A stretch of 61,421 nt of DNA, the filler included, from Choristocarpus tenellus KU-1152 (lineage: Eukaryota > Protista > Phaeophyceae): the NCBI GenBank assembly GCA_964200185.2. It is 10 parts of 10 records of this genome, joined end to end, with 100 filler letters (N's around TTAATTAATTAA, not from the genome) between each part and the next. Parts side by side here need not be neighbours in the genome. Positions count along the whole stretch, not along the records: positions 1 to 6,444 come from CAXNAD020008131.1; positions 6,545 to 18,682 come from CAXNAD020001959.1; 8 more parts are not named here. One strand, given 5' to 3'. This document shows positions 1 to 12,022 of this stretch, piece by piece. The position numbers were made by a program, and so were the translations under genes. Each line of letters opens with the position of its first letter. Position 1 is the first letter of the stretch. Below the pieces are notes generated by a model. It was not told where the DNA came from and searched no databases. It was given only the letters and a program-made list of their open reading frames with translations.

Positions 1-757
1 CCTCCCAGATACTTTGGGTAAGTAAATTGTTGTAAACTGGAGTTCAAGGGTGTTTGTAAAATGATTGCCTGTGATAGTGCTTGTTTTGTTGAGAAAATTG
101 TGAACATTGAAAAAGAGGTAGAAAGAAAATTTGCCTAGGTAGAAGTTGAGAGTACTAGGTGAACCATGTAAGTCAAATATGCAACAGGAAGAAATGAACC
201 TCAGTGCTTGTTTACTTTGATAGTACCTATACTGCACACCTGAGTGTCTCCAAGCTTGTTTCTGACCCTCCCATGCCTCATCTGCAGTCCTACAACAGAC
301 TCCAAGAAATGATTCTAACCCACATAAACCATAATTACCTTCATGGCACCTCTCAGCATCAGAAACGATAAGCATATTCCATTACCCCCTCCTCCTCTCC
401 ACTCCGTGGTTCCCTACCCTTGCCTATCATCCATTCCACTGGTGTCCTTTCCCTTTGCCCTTCACCACCCACGACCATGCCATGAAGCTCAGCCCTAACT
501 CTTCACACAATAGCTTAAAAATCTATCTCAACTCTATCTGTGCAACTGTCCCTCCCCCCCATCCTATACACTCCTCTGTGCGTTTCATGTCTCGTTGCTT
601 ATGCACAATGATGATGCCCACATTGCACAGGCTTGTGCTTACAGCTTTTGAGCTATTAAAATCGGGATCCTTCTTGTTATGGCAAGCTGGATGAAAGTGC
701 AATTATAGAGGATCTGGTACAATTAATATTCACAAGCAACAACCCTCTTCACCTAAC

Positions 758-3700
758 CTGAGTGGTCATCTCCTCCAGACCCATCCACGTACCATCCAAT
801 GCATACTTGGCAAGTATAAGAGCTAGCTGACTGCTGAATGTGAACTCCATTTCCAGGTCTGCTAATTCCCGCACAATGTCAGCATTGTCTGTGTAGTATA
901 GCCAGGGGAGGGTGGCACCCCATCCAAGCTGGAAATAAGCAATGGATGGTAGTGACATGGTTAGAAAAGCGTCGCAGGTGAAGACTAAAAGCACAAAATG
1001 GTTGCTGAAGGCCAAGGCAAACAGTGTATGTGAGAAGTTGTGATATTGTCGTTTGTCCTCTACTTCTGTTTCAAGGGATCGATAGTGAATGCTTTGAATC
1101 ACAACTCGTGCACCCAAGGTGTTTGTGGAATGTATCATATGTCTCCTTGATGGCATACATAAACTTGAGTCCTTTATAACCCTTATAGCTCAAACAGTAT
1201 TCTGTCATCCACTGTGATTACTATTGTATGTTTCTACTATTTCCAACCTTCCTACTGTACAGGGTAACAAAACATGACAGTTCACACCGGATTTATGTAG
1301 TTGACTAGAATGCATGGGGGCACCTGGCCATGGGTGCTAGAAGCACGATTATTGAGGATAGTTGTGAAGAGGTCACAAGACGCAGAGTCAGGACTGTAGC
1401 CTTGCAGTACGCAAAGATTACCCAGGGCTTGGCAGGCCTGCAGGCCATCTCCACCAGACCCCAAGTAGCTGTAGCACAGTGTTCCAGCATAGACATACAT
1501 GTGCTCAAAGTTGAGTGACCTCAGGGTGGCTGTCCCAGTAGGATCGGCATTCTCTGATGTTATGATATTGTGATATGTCACTACAGCTGCATCTGCCTCG
1601 TCCCATGAGGCAATCTGGTTGACATAATCTGATTCCAAGCACCGCAATGGACCTAGGGACTCCACACCTGTGATTGTGTAGCTATTGAAAGAGTGGAGCG
1701 ACGAGGATGGTATGGATATCAAGGACCCAGGATGAGCCAAAGTATCTTCAAGGGTAGAGTTGCATCCGTTTGGGGGGGCCAAACTCCAATGTTGCAATAT
1801 TGATGTAATTTTGGCTATTATGTTTGTTAAGAAGTGAGCCGAAGTATCTTAGAGGGCAGAGACGTGTCCATTTGGGGGTCAAAATACAATGTTGCGATTT
1901 TGATGAAATTTTGGCTATCGTGTTTGTTAGGAAGTGTTAATATCTATGTTTCGGACACACCTTTCATAACTTATACATTTTCCTACTCCAAAACAATTTG
2001 GAGTCGGAATATGTCATAAAAAAACCTGCAGGAAGTCAAGCCCTAAACGGAAAACAGGGCAACTCGTACCCTCGAAGATATTTTCACTCTGACAATCAAT
2101 ATAAGAAACGCATGGGGAGTCAAAGTGTCTTAGACGATAGAACCGCATCCGTTTGGGGGTCAAAATCCAATGTTATGGTTTGATGCAATTTTTGCTATTG
2201 TGTTTGTTGGGAAGTGTCGATATCCTTGTTCTTGACACACCTTTTCCAAACAGATACATTTTACCTACTCCAAAATGTTTCGGAGTAGGTAAAACGCCAT
2301 AAAAACTAGTGAGAAGCCAAGCACCAAACAGACAAAAAGGGAAAAACTTGTACCCTAACCCTAAGATACTTTCACTCGGACATTCTTCTCTTTCTTTGGT
2401 CCAAACCTGAGAATGGTCTTGACCATTCCAAAGACTGCCCCCAATTTCGATTTTATCTTTGTGCTCTTAGGCACATATCTCAACCATAGTCAACAAGACA
2501 CAAAAAATAATCACATCCATGACTTCAGTGGATAGTGTAAGTTTGCTTCCTACTTCCACGAGCGATGTTGCTGGACTTGTTTAAAGTGTACCACCAACTT
2601 CGTCTTCCTTCCCTCCAAGTGGATACATACCCTGGATCGCATGAACACACCCCTGAGGTATCGAAGGACATGTTGTTGTCTGGGCAAGCTTGGCATGACC
2701 GTAAATCAGCAGTGTAGTCCACTCCAGCCTCGAATGAAGACTCTTCAAAAACAAAGGTGCCCGCAGCACACTGCTCACAGGCTTTAGTTGATAGGTAATC
2801 TCCCCCAAGGTCCATTTCCAAGAGTACTTGTAGGAAGCCACTTGCATCTAATTAATTGTAGAGTTGTTGAGAGATTGCCTCAAAGTTTTGTTATATGCAC
2901 AGCAAAACTCAACCTTAGGAACAGAAGGAAGCTAAATTGCAGGTGCACATGAAAGTATTGACCTTCTGTATAGGCATGATTGACATATTATTGCCATATG
3001 ATAGCCACATAAAGGAATGGTAGGAGTGGCCGGCGTGATGTGGTGTCTGCCAGAAAATCTAGCTAGCCTTGGCAACACTAATTAGTGACGGAATAGATGG
3101 GGAGAGGCGGATGGGAACAGGCACAGAGAACACAATCCCTCCCCTCAATCCCCTGGGCATGAGACGATGCACATAAATCCACACAATTGAGGACAGCAGA
3201 GAGGTGAGGCCTGGCAACTAAATTGTGAGCGTTCATGCCTTCTCCAATTGTGGAAGGCTTTGGCAGAGGTCTATCCTCTGCTTCTTTTACCGTAAGTCAT
3301 ACATTATTAACTTAATTTTTGGACATGAGGGATATGGATTAGGCTCTCGTTTATCTCTATATATCCTTTTGTCTGCATACTTTTTCATTAGCTTACCTGT
3401 GGGGCATGAACATTCTCCTACGCTGACGTCCAGTCCATTAGTAGTGCTATTCCCACAAGTGATGCATGCGGAGCCGTCCGCAAAAGCTGCTTGTGAAGAC
3501 GTGATGCATGAACTGCATACAAATCCTGTTTGTGTTGATTCGTGTGTTTTTGTGGAAGTTAGTTATTGTGTTCGGGATGGTAGGTTCAATAGCGATTTTA
3601 CATACTCTATGTACACATTTCCAAATAATTACAAACCTAGAAAACCGATATTGTGGAGAAGGAGGAAGGCAGGGTCATGTGGAAGCTTCATTTCTATAGC

Positions 3701-4439
3701 TAGTGTATTTGATAGTGGAATCATAGAAGAAAAGAGAAGAAAAATTCGCCACTACTACCTCCATAGCATCGCTTCAATCCGGTAGTCTATCTGACAAGAC
3801 CTCAGCAAAGGGTGTGTTGACCTTTCATCGTTGTAACACATACTACTCATCATTGATATTTCTAAATCAACTCAGTTGTTGAAACTTGCCCAACCCTTGG
3901 TTTACCTGCACATGTCCCCGATTGTAGTGCTGCGTCCGAACAGGACTCTGGAACTTTTTGGAAGCCATCATTACACTTACAAGACAAAGCATTACCGTAG
4001 ACATCAAGAGATGACAGGTCAGGCACCTTGTTGTCGTTATTGCCAGTACCGTCACTAAGGAACCAAGGGGAGAGCAGTACGTTAGGCATGGGTGATTTAT
4101 TAGGTTCCATACATACACAAGTCCCTGATGTCCCCATGATAGGTTCCCTATTCTACAATGAACAGGAGTAACCAGTTCTCATTTCTATCTTATAGCTGAT
4201 CCTCATGTATACTGCACGAAATCCAAACCTCATTCGTTGCTCCGTCGTATGCATTATCACCTGTCGTCGTCGCAAACTGTGCATTCCAAGCTGCTTATGT
4301 CGAGATACTCATTATTAGCAACAGAACACGAGATTGTCCGCGCGATCTCGATGATCTGGCTATCCACTGGAAAAAAGCTCAAAAACTTTAAGCAGATGGC
4401 AATCACATATGCCAAAGCTCGGAAGTATTGGGGTGCCAT
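758..4439 (-). CDS. TMEM67: Meckelin (TMEM67/MKS3), ciliary transition-zone protein, 5' part; continues past the contig end or in unresolved exons
   Basis: Hand-spliced GT-AG exons with consistent phases: 4439-4261, 4054-3906, 3525-3397, 2847-2631, 1681-1324, 928-758. The product has a signal peptide (MAPQYFRALAYVIAICLKFLSFF), Cys-rich repeats (NNEYLDISSLECTVC; LLEMDLGGDYLSTKACEQC) and the meckelin hallmarks ACQALGNLCVL, LPWLYY and LILAKYALDGTWMG. Confidence 0.9.
1734..2377 (+). mobile_element. Cluster of MITE family A copies (partial 1734-1835, full 1836-2089, full 2117-2377) in a meckelin intron
   Basis: TIR GAG(T/C)(G/C)AAAGTATCTTAGAGGG ... CCCTCTAAGATACTTTCACTC. The internal sequence is shared with the copies at 35928 and 42232. 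Confidence 0.85.
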
Positions 4440-4648
4440 TGGGTTATTGGGTTGGGCACTATATTGTGAGTCGAAGGGAGCTTCAGATTTTCCAGATTTC
4501 CACAAATCACACACAACTTACAACAGAATTTTCAAAACAAACAGTTTCACCTCCATTTCGATCCGATATTGAAATCGGATATGTTGGCGATAATTCCAAC
4601 AACCACACTAACAACACAACCAGGACATCAAAACACTTACTGAGAGGA
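4440..4648. promoter_or_regulatory. Putative bidirectional promoter/5'UTR region
   Basis: Only 209 bp separate the divergent ATGs of meckelin (4439, -) and the PTEN-like gene (4649, +). Confidence 0.55.
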
Positions 4649-6062
4649 ATGACCTCATCAAGCCAGGGTCAGGGGGGATGGGCCTGGCTCAAGCAGGTGC
4701 AAACGACAACACAGCAATTTGGGCAGATATGCACCGATGGTGTCGAGGTGGCGAAGCGTCGCTTAGAGGAGAACCAGCCAAGCATTGATCAGTTTGTCCG
4801 AAACATCGGGGACAATGTTCAGAAGGGTGTGAAGAATATACAGGAGGTAGAGCTGCTGTGTGTCGCTCAATCATTGTCGTGCTACGACTTTATCCTGGAT
4901 ACATATCTCTTTGATTCGACCATCGCCTTATTTGCTCTGTAATGGATCTATGCTTGAATTTAGTATACACAAAGCTTCTTCAACCCCCTACCCCCTGCTA
5001 CCCTACCGTTCACTTCAAAATACCCTGGTCGCTTATCGATGGACTGGAAATAGAGTCAACCGGAACTGGATACATTCGTGCGTAATATTGGCGACAATGT
5101 CAACAAAGGAGTCAGGAATCTCCAGGAGGTGCGTTCATGTCCCTGTTCGTAAATCAGTTGGTCTCCCTACTCTCAATGCCCCATCGCTGCAAGTGGTGGG
5201 AGCAAAGAGAGTGCGTAGTTAAACAATACTCGGTAATGGAAATGGGCATACATTGAGGAAGCGTGCTACTTTCTGTGCAATTCGAGGTTGCTCATAGTAA
5301 TTTATATACAACCAAGCTTCCCGTATCACTACTGCCGGTGCGCAACAGGTTCGATGGCGTGCACCTGCATTTCTATTCGATCCCACCCGCTTTGCTACTG
5401 AAGGTCCTTAGAATACCTCTTGCTGGCTTCAGATCCTGATCGTTCGTTACTGTAGGGTTGGATTTGTACCAGTTGTTGCAGTCAACGATTCTGCCAAGAT
5501 GCCACCCAGCAAATCTTCTTCCCACAAGCTTGAAGTGTTGAGAGTTAGGGAAGTAGCTGGTACTCCTCCTTATTCCTACCCCTATCCTTGGTGAGCAATT
5601 GTACCAAAACGCACTCAATATTTCTATCCCGGTCCATGTTTGTGCCTTCCGCCTTCTAACATCAAGGTACCCCATTCACGCACCGCAGCACTTGCCCGTA
5701 ATGAGACTTGGATCATTTTTTTCCCTCGCAAACCTGATAAATATTTTGAACCCTGATGGCAGAATATGAGTCGAGATCCATGGAGCTCACCCCCCACCCA
5801 ATCAGAGGTGGATGCACTTGATCTGGTGTATATCACGGACAACGTTATTGCAATGGGTTTCCCAGTTCAAAAGCAGCGGAATATTTTGCGAGGGGCATCT
5901 GGGGCCATGGGGGCAAACAATGTGATGACCTCCGCTGCAGCTCAAAAAAAAGGCAACGATATTGACACAGTGGCTGCATTCTTTCGGAGTAGGCACTCAG
6001 GGCACTACATGGTGTGGAACATATCTGAGGAGGGATACGACTATGTTTTGTTTGAGGATCAG
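4649..6062 (+). CDS. PTEN/tensin-type phosphatase-domain protein (PTEN/auxilin/formin-like N-terminus), 5' part, truncated by contig end
   Basis: Phase-0 exons 4649-4846, 5054-5128 and 5763-6062 with GT-AG borders. Exon 3 encodes LDLVYITDNVIAMGFP...NDIDTVAAFFRSRHSGHYMVWNISEEGYD, matching the start of the PTEN phosphatase fold. Confidence 0.8.
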
Positions 6063-6444
6063 GTGAGAAGTTGGGCTTCTTGGACATTCGGTAGGTGGTT
6101 GTTTGGTTACCAACACAGTAATGCAGCAAGGTCCCAATGTTTGCCATAGGCTATGTTTGCCATAGGCTATGTTTCAGGATGATGTAGCAGTGGAGGGGTT
6201 TTAAGTTTGAGCCTTTCGTTGGGCAGAGGGTAAGTTAAAGTTAATTTTTATCATTTTTTTTGCCATGAGCTTGCAACAAAGGAAGAGGCATGTTATCCCC
6301 CCCCCCCCTCCACACTTTCCCATCTTGTTTATCCCCTGTTCCCTGACCTCTCTGTACGTGTGTAAGCACAGGCTTGATTAATTTCTCTGGGGCTGGCTAT
6401 GTTGCTCTGTGTACCATTACTACAGCAAGCAGTGTGGGTTGTGA

Positions 6445-6544
6445 NNNNNNNNNNNNNNNNNNNNNNNNNNNNNNNNNNNNNNNNNNNNTTAATTAATTAA
6501 NNNNNNNNNNNNNNNNNNNNNNNNNNNNNNNNNNNNNNNNNNNN
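6445..6544. other. Artificial contig-joining spacer; also at 18683-18782, 26818-26917, 29838-29937, 41779-41878, 45672-45771, 50108-50207, 55803-55902, 58794-58893
   Basis: Exactly N44-TTAATTAATTAA-N44 each time. The 12-mer places stop codons in all six frames. Confidence 0.97.
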
Positions 6545-6777
6545 TCCGATCACCCCCCCGGGGGGGACCGTCTGTCCATATACCTTAGGCTTGGTCGAGG
6601 TCGCTTCCAAATCGTAGCGGTGCCCTCCACAAGTACCGAAATATTTCTGAATAAAATATATCCGGGCCCTTAAAAAGTGTCGAAACATTAAAAAAAAAAC
6701 ATATCGGTACTTTTTCCGCACCGTTTTCGATCAGAACCCATCCTCAATACTACGCTCCTTCCTCAATTCTCCAAATC

Positions 6778-6862
6778 CACTGTTAGTAGGAAAATGAAAT
6801 GAAAAAACCCATGGGAAGCCAAGCCCCAAATGGACACACAGGGCAAAACTCGTACCCTCTAA
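6778..6862 (+). mobile_element. MITE family A 3' fragment
   Basis: gtaggaaaat...gggaagccaagccccaaatggac...gggcaaaactcgtaccctctaa matches the 3' part of the other family A copies. Confidence 0.7.
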
Positions 6863-7121
6863 TAAGACTCACTCATCATGTTGAGGTCTCGATACTCTCC
6901 AGCCTGCTACCCGTGAGGTTTCCATGTGCTGCCCTTATTGCATCAACGCCACAGTGCTCCCTCCGAATCCTACGAGCCTCTTCGACCTGTTGTTCCGTCT
7001 CGCACAGGAAATCATTGTCAGGTGACAACTTGGAGCTCATTGGGCGTCACAATGTCCTGTGAGGGGCTTAAACAGTATTAAGCCGAGGCACGCCGTCCAC
7101 GTACCGTTTCGGCGGGTACCA

Positions 7122-7422
7122 ATCTTGATTTTTTGAACAGGTTACCCAACGCGTTAATCAATGATCGCATATCGACTGAAAGCTCTTGGTCTAAGCTATA
7201 GATTTCCGCCTTAATATTCTTGACCAGAAATATTTTTGTTTGTGAAACTTTATTCCGAAACATTTTCAAGGTTGTACCGAAAAAAATCGGTTAAAATTTA
7301 ACATTACCAAAACAATTTTTCCACGATTTTCTTTGCGGAAATCGATAGCTTAGGTCAAGAGCATTTATTCGATATGCTGGTCGTCGATTAACTCGTTGGG
7401 CAACCTTTTCAAAAAACAAGAT
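7122..7422. repeat. Foldback/inverted repeat (arms of about 88 bp at 7122-7209 and 7335-7422), probable non-autonomous DNA element
   Basis: atcttgattttttgaacaggttacccaacgcgttaatc...gctcttggtctaagctatagatttccgc is the imperfect reverse complement of gcggaaatcgatagcttaggtcaagagc...gattaactcgttgggcaaccttttcaaaaaacaagat. Confidence 0.75.
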
Positions 7423-8576
7423 CGCTCTGATCAGGGAGGCGAGTGTCAATATAAGAGGTCACAAATATTTGTTGTCATTATTATTATGGTTATTTATTAC
7501 CTCCTAATCGCTCTCATTGGTTAAGGCGCCTGCAACCTAATTAATCTGTATGAACTTGGTGGATTCAAGCCCCTTCCACCTCAGACTTCTTTTCTCGAAA
7601 ACCTGGTTTCGAATATGCTGTTCCACCCAGCATACACAAATAATTTTACATCTCCATTACATCTTATTCTGTTTGTGGTACACCACAAAAACGTTGGACC
7701 AAGATCAAGATGGAAAGTTCCGGAGAAGATTTGAGGAAGGAGACGAAGCGACAAGGGGTGGGATTGCTAAACCCAACGCGCGAGAAGTCAGGAATAGAGA
7801 CAGTACAATAATTGTTAGTCGTATTGGAACTGTAAATAAAGCGTGTGAAGTAGTGAAGTGTGTAGTGCCTCTAACCACGGGTCGGGATCATCTACGACAA
7901 ATGTGGAACAAATAATTAAAATATATTGAAGTCTACCAACTACCCTCACTTGTGGTCAGAGGCACAACATACCTTCTACTACTACTGCACTATCACTAAT
8001 GAATTGTCCTAATGAATTGTACTGTTTGCATTCCTGCGTTCCTTCTAGGGCATTGGGTTCAGCACTCCCATCCCTCTGTCTGCTCCATATCCTCCCTTGA
8101 TCTTGTCTCGGAGCCCCCTCAAAGTGTCCACCTTGATTGCTCTGCGGTTCATCGATTTTGTGGTGTATGCAGTGACAGACAGGATGGTACAACATGCGTA
8201 CAATCCGTTTTGCTTACCACATGGAATAATTGGTCGTGACCAGATTTTTGTGAAAAGAAGTTTGGCGTCGAAAGGATTTGTAACCTGTTTGAATCACCTA
8301 TTTGAATCCACAATATTCACACGGGAACCTACCACCTTAACCACTCTGTCACAGGAGGACATTCATGGACAACCTCGAGCTTTGTTCAATTCCTTTCCTA
8401 CCTTTTCATCCACCAACACAGATGTAAACAAGGCCACACAAGACACCTAAATGTATGTGCCTAGCACCACCTGTGCTTACTATGAAACATATAGCCCGCA
8501 GAAAAGAACAAAGCATATGAGATTGGCTCTGGAGGTTGTGGATCCCAGGAACCCGGATCTGTGGATTTCTGATCTT

Positions 8577-8705
8577 CAAAAGAAGATTAATAGATAATGA
8601 AGATAGATAACCATAGATTATTCAAGATTCAAAAGAAGATTAATAGATAATGAAGATAGATAACCATAGACGATTCAAGATACAAAAGATTCAAAGATAA
8701 TGAAG
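8577..8705. repeat. Direct tandem duplication, unit about 53 bp
   Basis: caaaagaagattaatagataatgaagatagataaccataga..attcaagat occurs twice, followed by a degenerate partial copy. Confidence 0.8.
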
Positions 8706-9999
8706 CAGCCTTCCGAGTTTTGGAAGGTTGAGGAAGGGGTTCCACACGGTGAACACATGTCAATAGATCCAAAAGGGAGTGGCATGTATACAGTAGTGGG
8801 CTCAGGGGAGAATGGGATATAATTTTGTGTCTCACTCCATGCATAGTTCCATCCTTGCATATACATAGAAACATCAATTACTTTTCATTTGAATCGATTG
8901 TTCCCCCGTCGGAACAAAAACGTTTGGGTATACCGCTTTTTATCCACTACTCTTGTTTGGAGTTAGGGTTAGGGTATGTATGAGAGTGTGATGAGACAGT
9001 CCCAAACAGTTCCAAACCTGAGAGAGACAACAATAACAGTAAACACCCCTTGGCTCAAAACATCATTTTTGCCATGTATAAAAGAGCGACTTCACATACA
9101 TAGATATCCAGTATCCCCCATGCATTTCTGTACATTATCACAAATACTGAACTTGTTGCGATTACATATTGTACTCCAGAATTGTACTTCACAGAAAACC
9201 CCCACCACCCAGAAATAAATACCTCTTAAACACAAATATTTCTCAGTCCAAGTATGTAGTCCAAAACTAAACTCAGTGCATGTTGTACATAATGCCCAAG
9301 GTGCAGATATCTGATAGCAACTGTTAACATTGATAGGTGGTGAGATAAGATAAGGGACAAGCATTCATAAATATTTATTGTGTTCTTACATATTACCAAT
9401 AATATTCCTGACCATGATGATGATCGTCATAGGCAACCACTATCAACAACTTCTGCCTCGCTTGATTGATGTTGATGTTCTTAACGAGGGGCAGTGGATG
9501 CACACTACACACAGAACTAGTGAGATAAAAGTAGATAACTAAACCAGCTAATTAATATTATACTACTTGCTACTACAGCTGTATTGCAGTGTCCTCTTAT
9601 GTCATTCAGGAGAAAGTAGAATCCAAGTTGCTGAAGTTGCTAAAGTTGGTAGATTTCCTTTTGATGAATGACAACAAAAGACTATTGTCACTTGAAGTAG
9701 TATGTACTATATGTATGTATGCAGCACGCTACCAACACCTTACTCCTGCATGTGCTCCACCACAGGTGGATGATGCAGTAGGAAGCAAAAGAAATGAAAG
9801 AAATGGACCCACAATCCTCATTTACATTAATTAGTGCTTTCCAACAAGGACACTCCAACGGTCACTACCCCCCCGCATCCTACCTGGTCTGTACTGTGGG
9901 CGTATGTAAAATTAGGGTTAGGGTGAGGGTTAGTCACCATCCAACCATTCCTACTTTTACTGGAAGTAGCATTACTACCATGAGTTGGTTAGTTCCCTG

Positions 10000-11980
10000 T
10001 CATGCATCTTGTAATAATGATGTGCTAGTATCTTGCAATATGCCCAGCACCCCTCTTGTCAATGCAGATCCTGTCAATACAGGTGCAGATAATGATGATG
10101 TGCCAGGTGCTGCAGGAAGACTTCCCTTGAGAACAGATAAGGAGGATGAGGTCCGGTGATGGGCAACACATACAAATACAGGACCTTCCAGACCCTGCCA
10201 GAAAAAGCACACGACAACACACATCATCATACATCATCAACACAACATAACATAACATAACATAACATAAACGAACAATTTAACCAGGCACATTGGTAAG
10301 ACATGACAAACCAGCAAGAGGAGGGAGGATGAGAGAGACTGAGATACCAGCATTGTGCAAGCATAGTCTCTATCTATCAGGGGAAGTTGAAGTAATTGAT
10401 CTCTATTTAATAAAAGGTGACTAGTACTACATAAAACCATAACCATATTGTCCTGTTGGGTTCACAAAAATGATATTTCCATGGATTTGAAATACTGGTC
10501 AATAGTTGTTTGATTGTTAATCTTTTTTTGAGTAGTAGTGTATTGCACCGAAAATTATCTTGTTCAAAATATCCTTAATAGTTGAAGTGACAAATGGTAT
10601 CTATCCTTGCTGGATAGGTTGACTAATGTGGGCATTGGTAGAGTGATGAAAAAAATTATATTGTGGAATTGAAAAAAATACTTGAAAAAAGTGGTCGCAT
10701 ACAGGGGTATCCATGACAACAGTGTTGACTTCCACCTTCCACCTATCTCATCTCACTAAAAATACAAAAAAAACATTTCAACATCACCCCAAACATTTTT
10801 GTGGATTTGATGTCTTGGGATGTTTTTTTGATGTGACACGACTCTGCACTTCATGCCGAGGTCATTCAATTTGTTTCTTATTTTTTTTCTTTTGTAGTTT
10901 TGAAGGAAAAGGGAAAAGTTTCTTATTCATTTTCTCTAGGGGGAGGGGAAGTGGAAGAAAGATGTAAAAAAGAATCTTGCTGCTACATGAGAAATCCTAC
11001 ATTTGTTGTTACAAGACACCATCGCTATTGGACAGTATACCAAAGTATATCAAAGATCACAATCTATACTTGCCAAAAATTGACAGATTAACACAATCAT
11101 TCATAGTCATATCTCTCTTCACCTTGAGGGCTTCCATAATATCCCTTGTACTGACTTCCCTACTATGTGTAGCTGTAATTATCCCAGTGCCCCTTCCTAT
11201 CCCTCCCGTATACCCCCCACTTCCCTCCACATCCCCACCATCCCTAGCCTGACCCTGAGGTGCAACATCCTCATTTCCTTCCTTGTCACCCCCCTCCCCC
11301 TCCCCCTCCCCACTGGCAGCATTGTCTGGATACTCGACATCTCCTTTCTCCTCTCCTAGACCCCCATAAAGGTCCCCATAAAGGTCATCCTCATCATCGT
11401 CCTCACCACCCTCTTGATTTAGCTCATCCTGTTTCTCATCACCACTCAGAACTTTTGATATACATACATACATATATATATGTATATGTCAACATTGAAG
11501 GGTTCACCAAAGGGAAGAGATACTCAGGGTTGATGGTACATAAATAAAACCACAAAATATGACTGCATTTAGTGTTAATATTATTATTATTTAGTTAGTA
11601 GACTATGACAAATGTCATTATTGGTACTATCATTGTAAAAATATATACATATATATATATATGGAGAGGTTAGAACTTGCATTTTGAAAGTGACTCTATT
11701 AGGTACTACTATACTTGTCTGTACAATTATTTCTGCACATCCTTCATAATAATAATAATAATGAAAATTATGTAGTACCAATAATGTAGTTGTTTAATGC
11801 ATGTCTTTGGATATGTATCGCAATTATGATGACCATTTTAATATATTTTGTCATTCATGAGCAAGAATGTTTGCTGTTAAATAGCACTACTACTATTTAT
11901 ACTGCCAGTATAGCATAGCACAGTATCATTCCTGAAAAAGTATCAGATACTACTATTAATAATGGGCAAAAATCAACAAC

Positions 11981-12022
<42 letters not shown>

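Noticed and set aside
3225-3785. 186-aa plus-strand ORF
   Set aside because: It is antisense to meckelin exon 3 and its introns, with no recognisable motifs.
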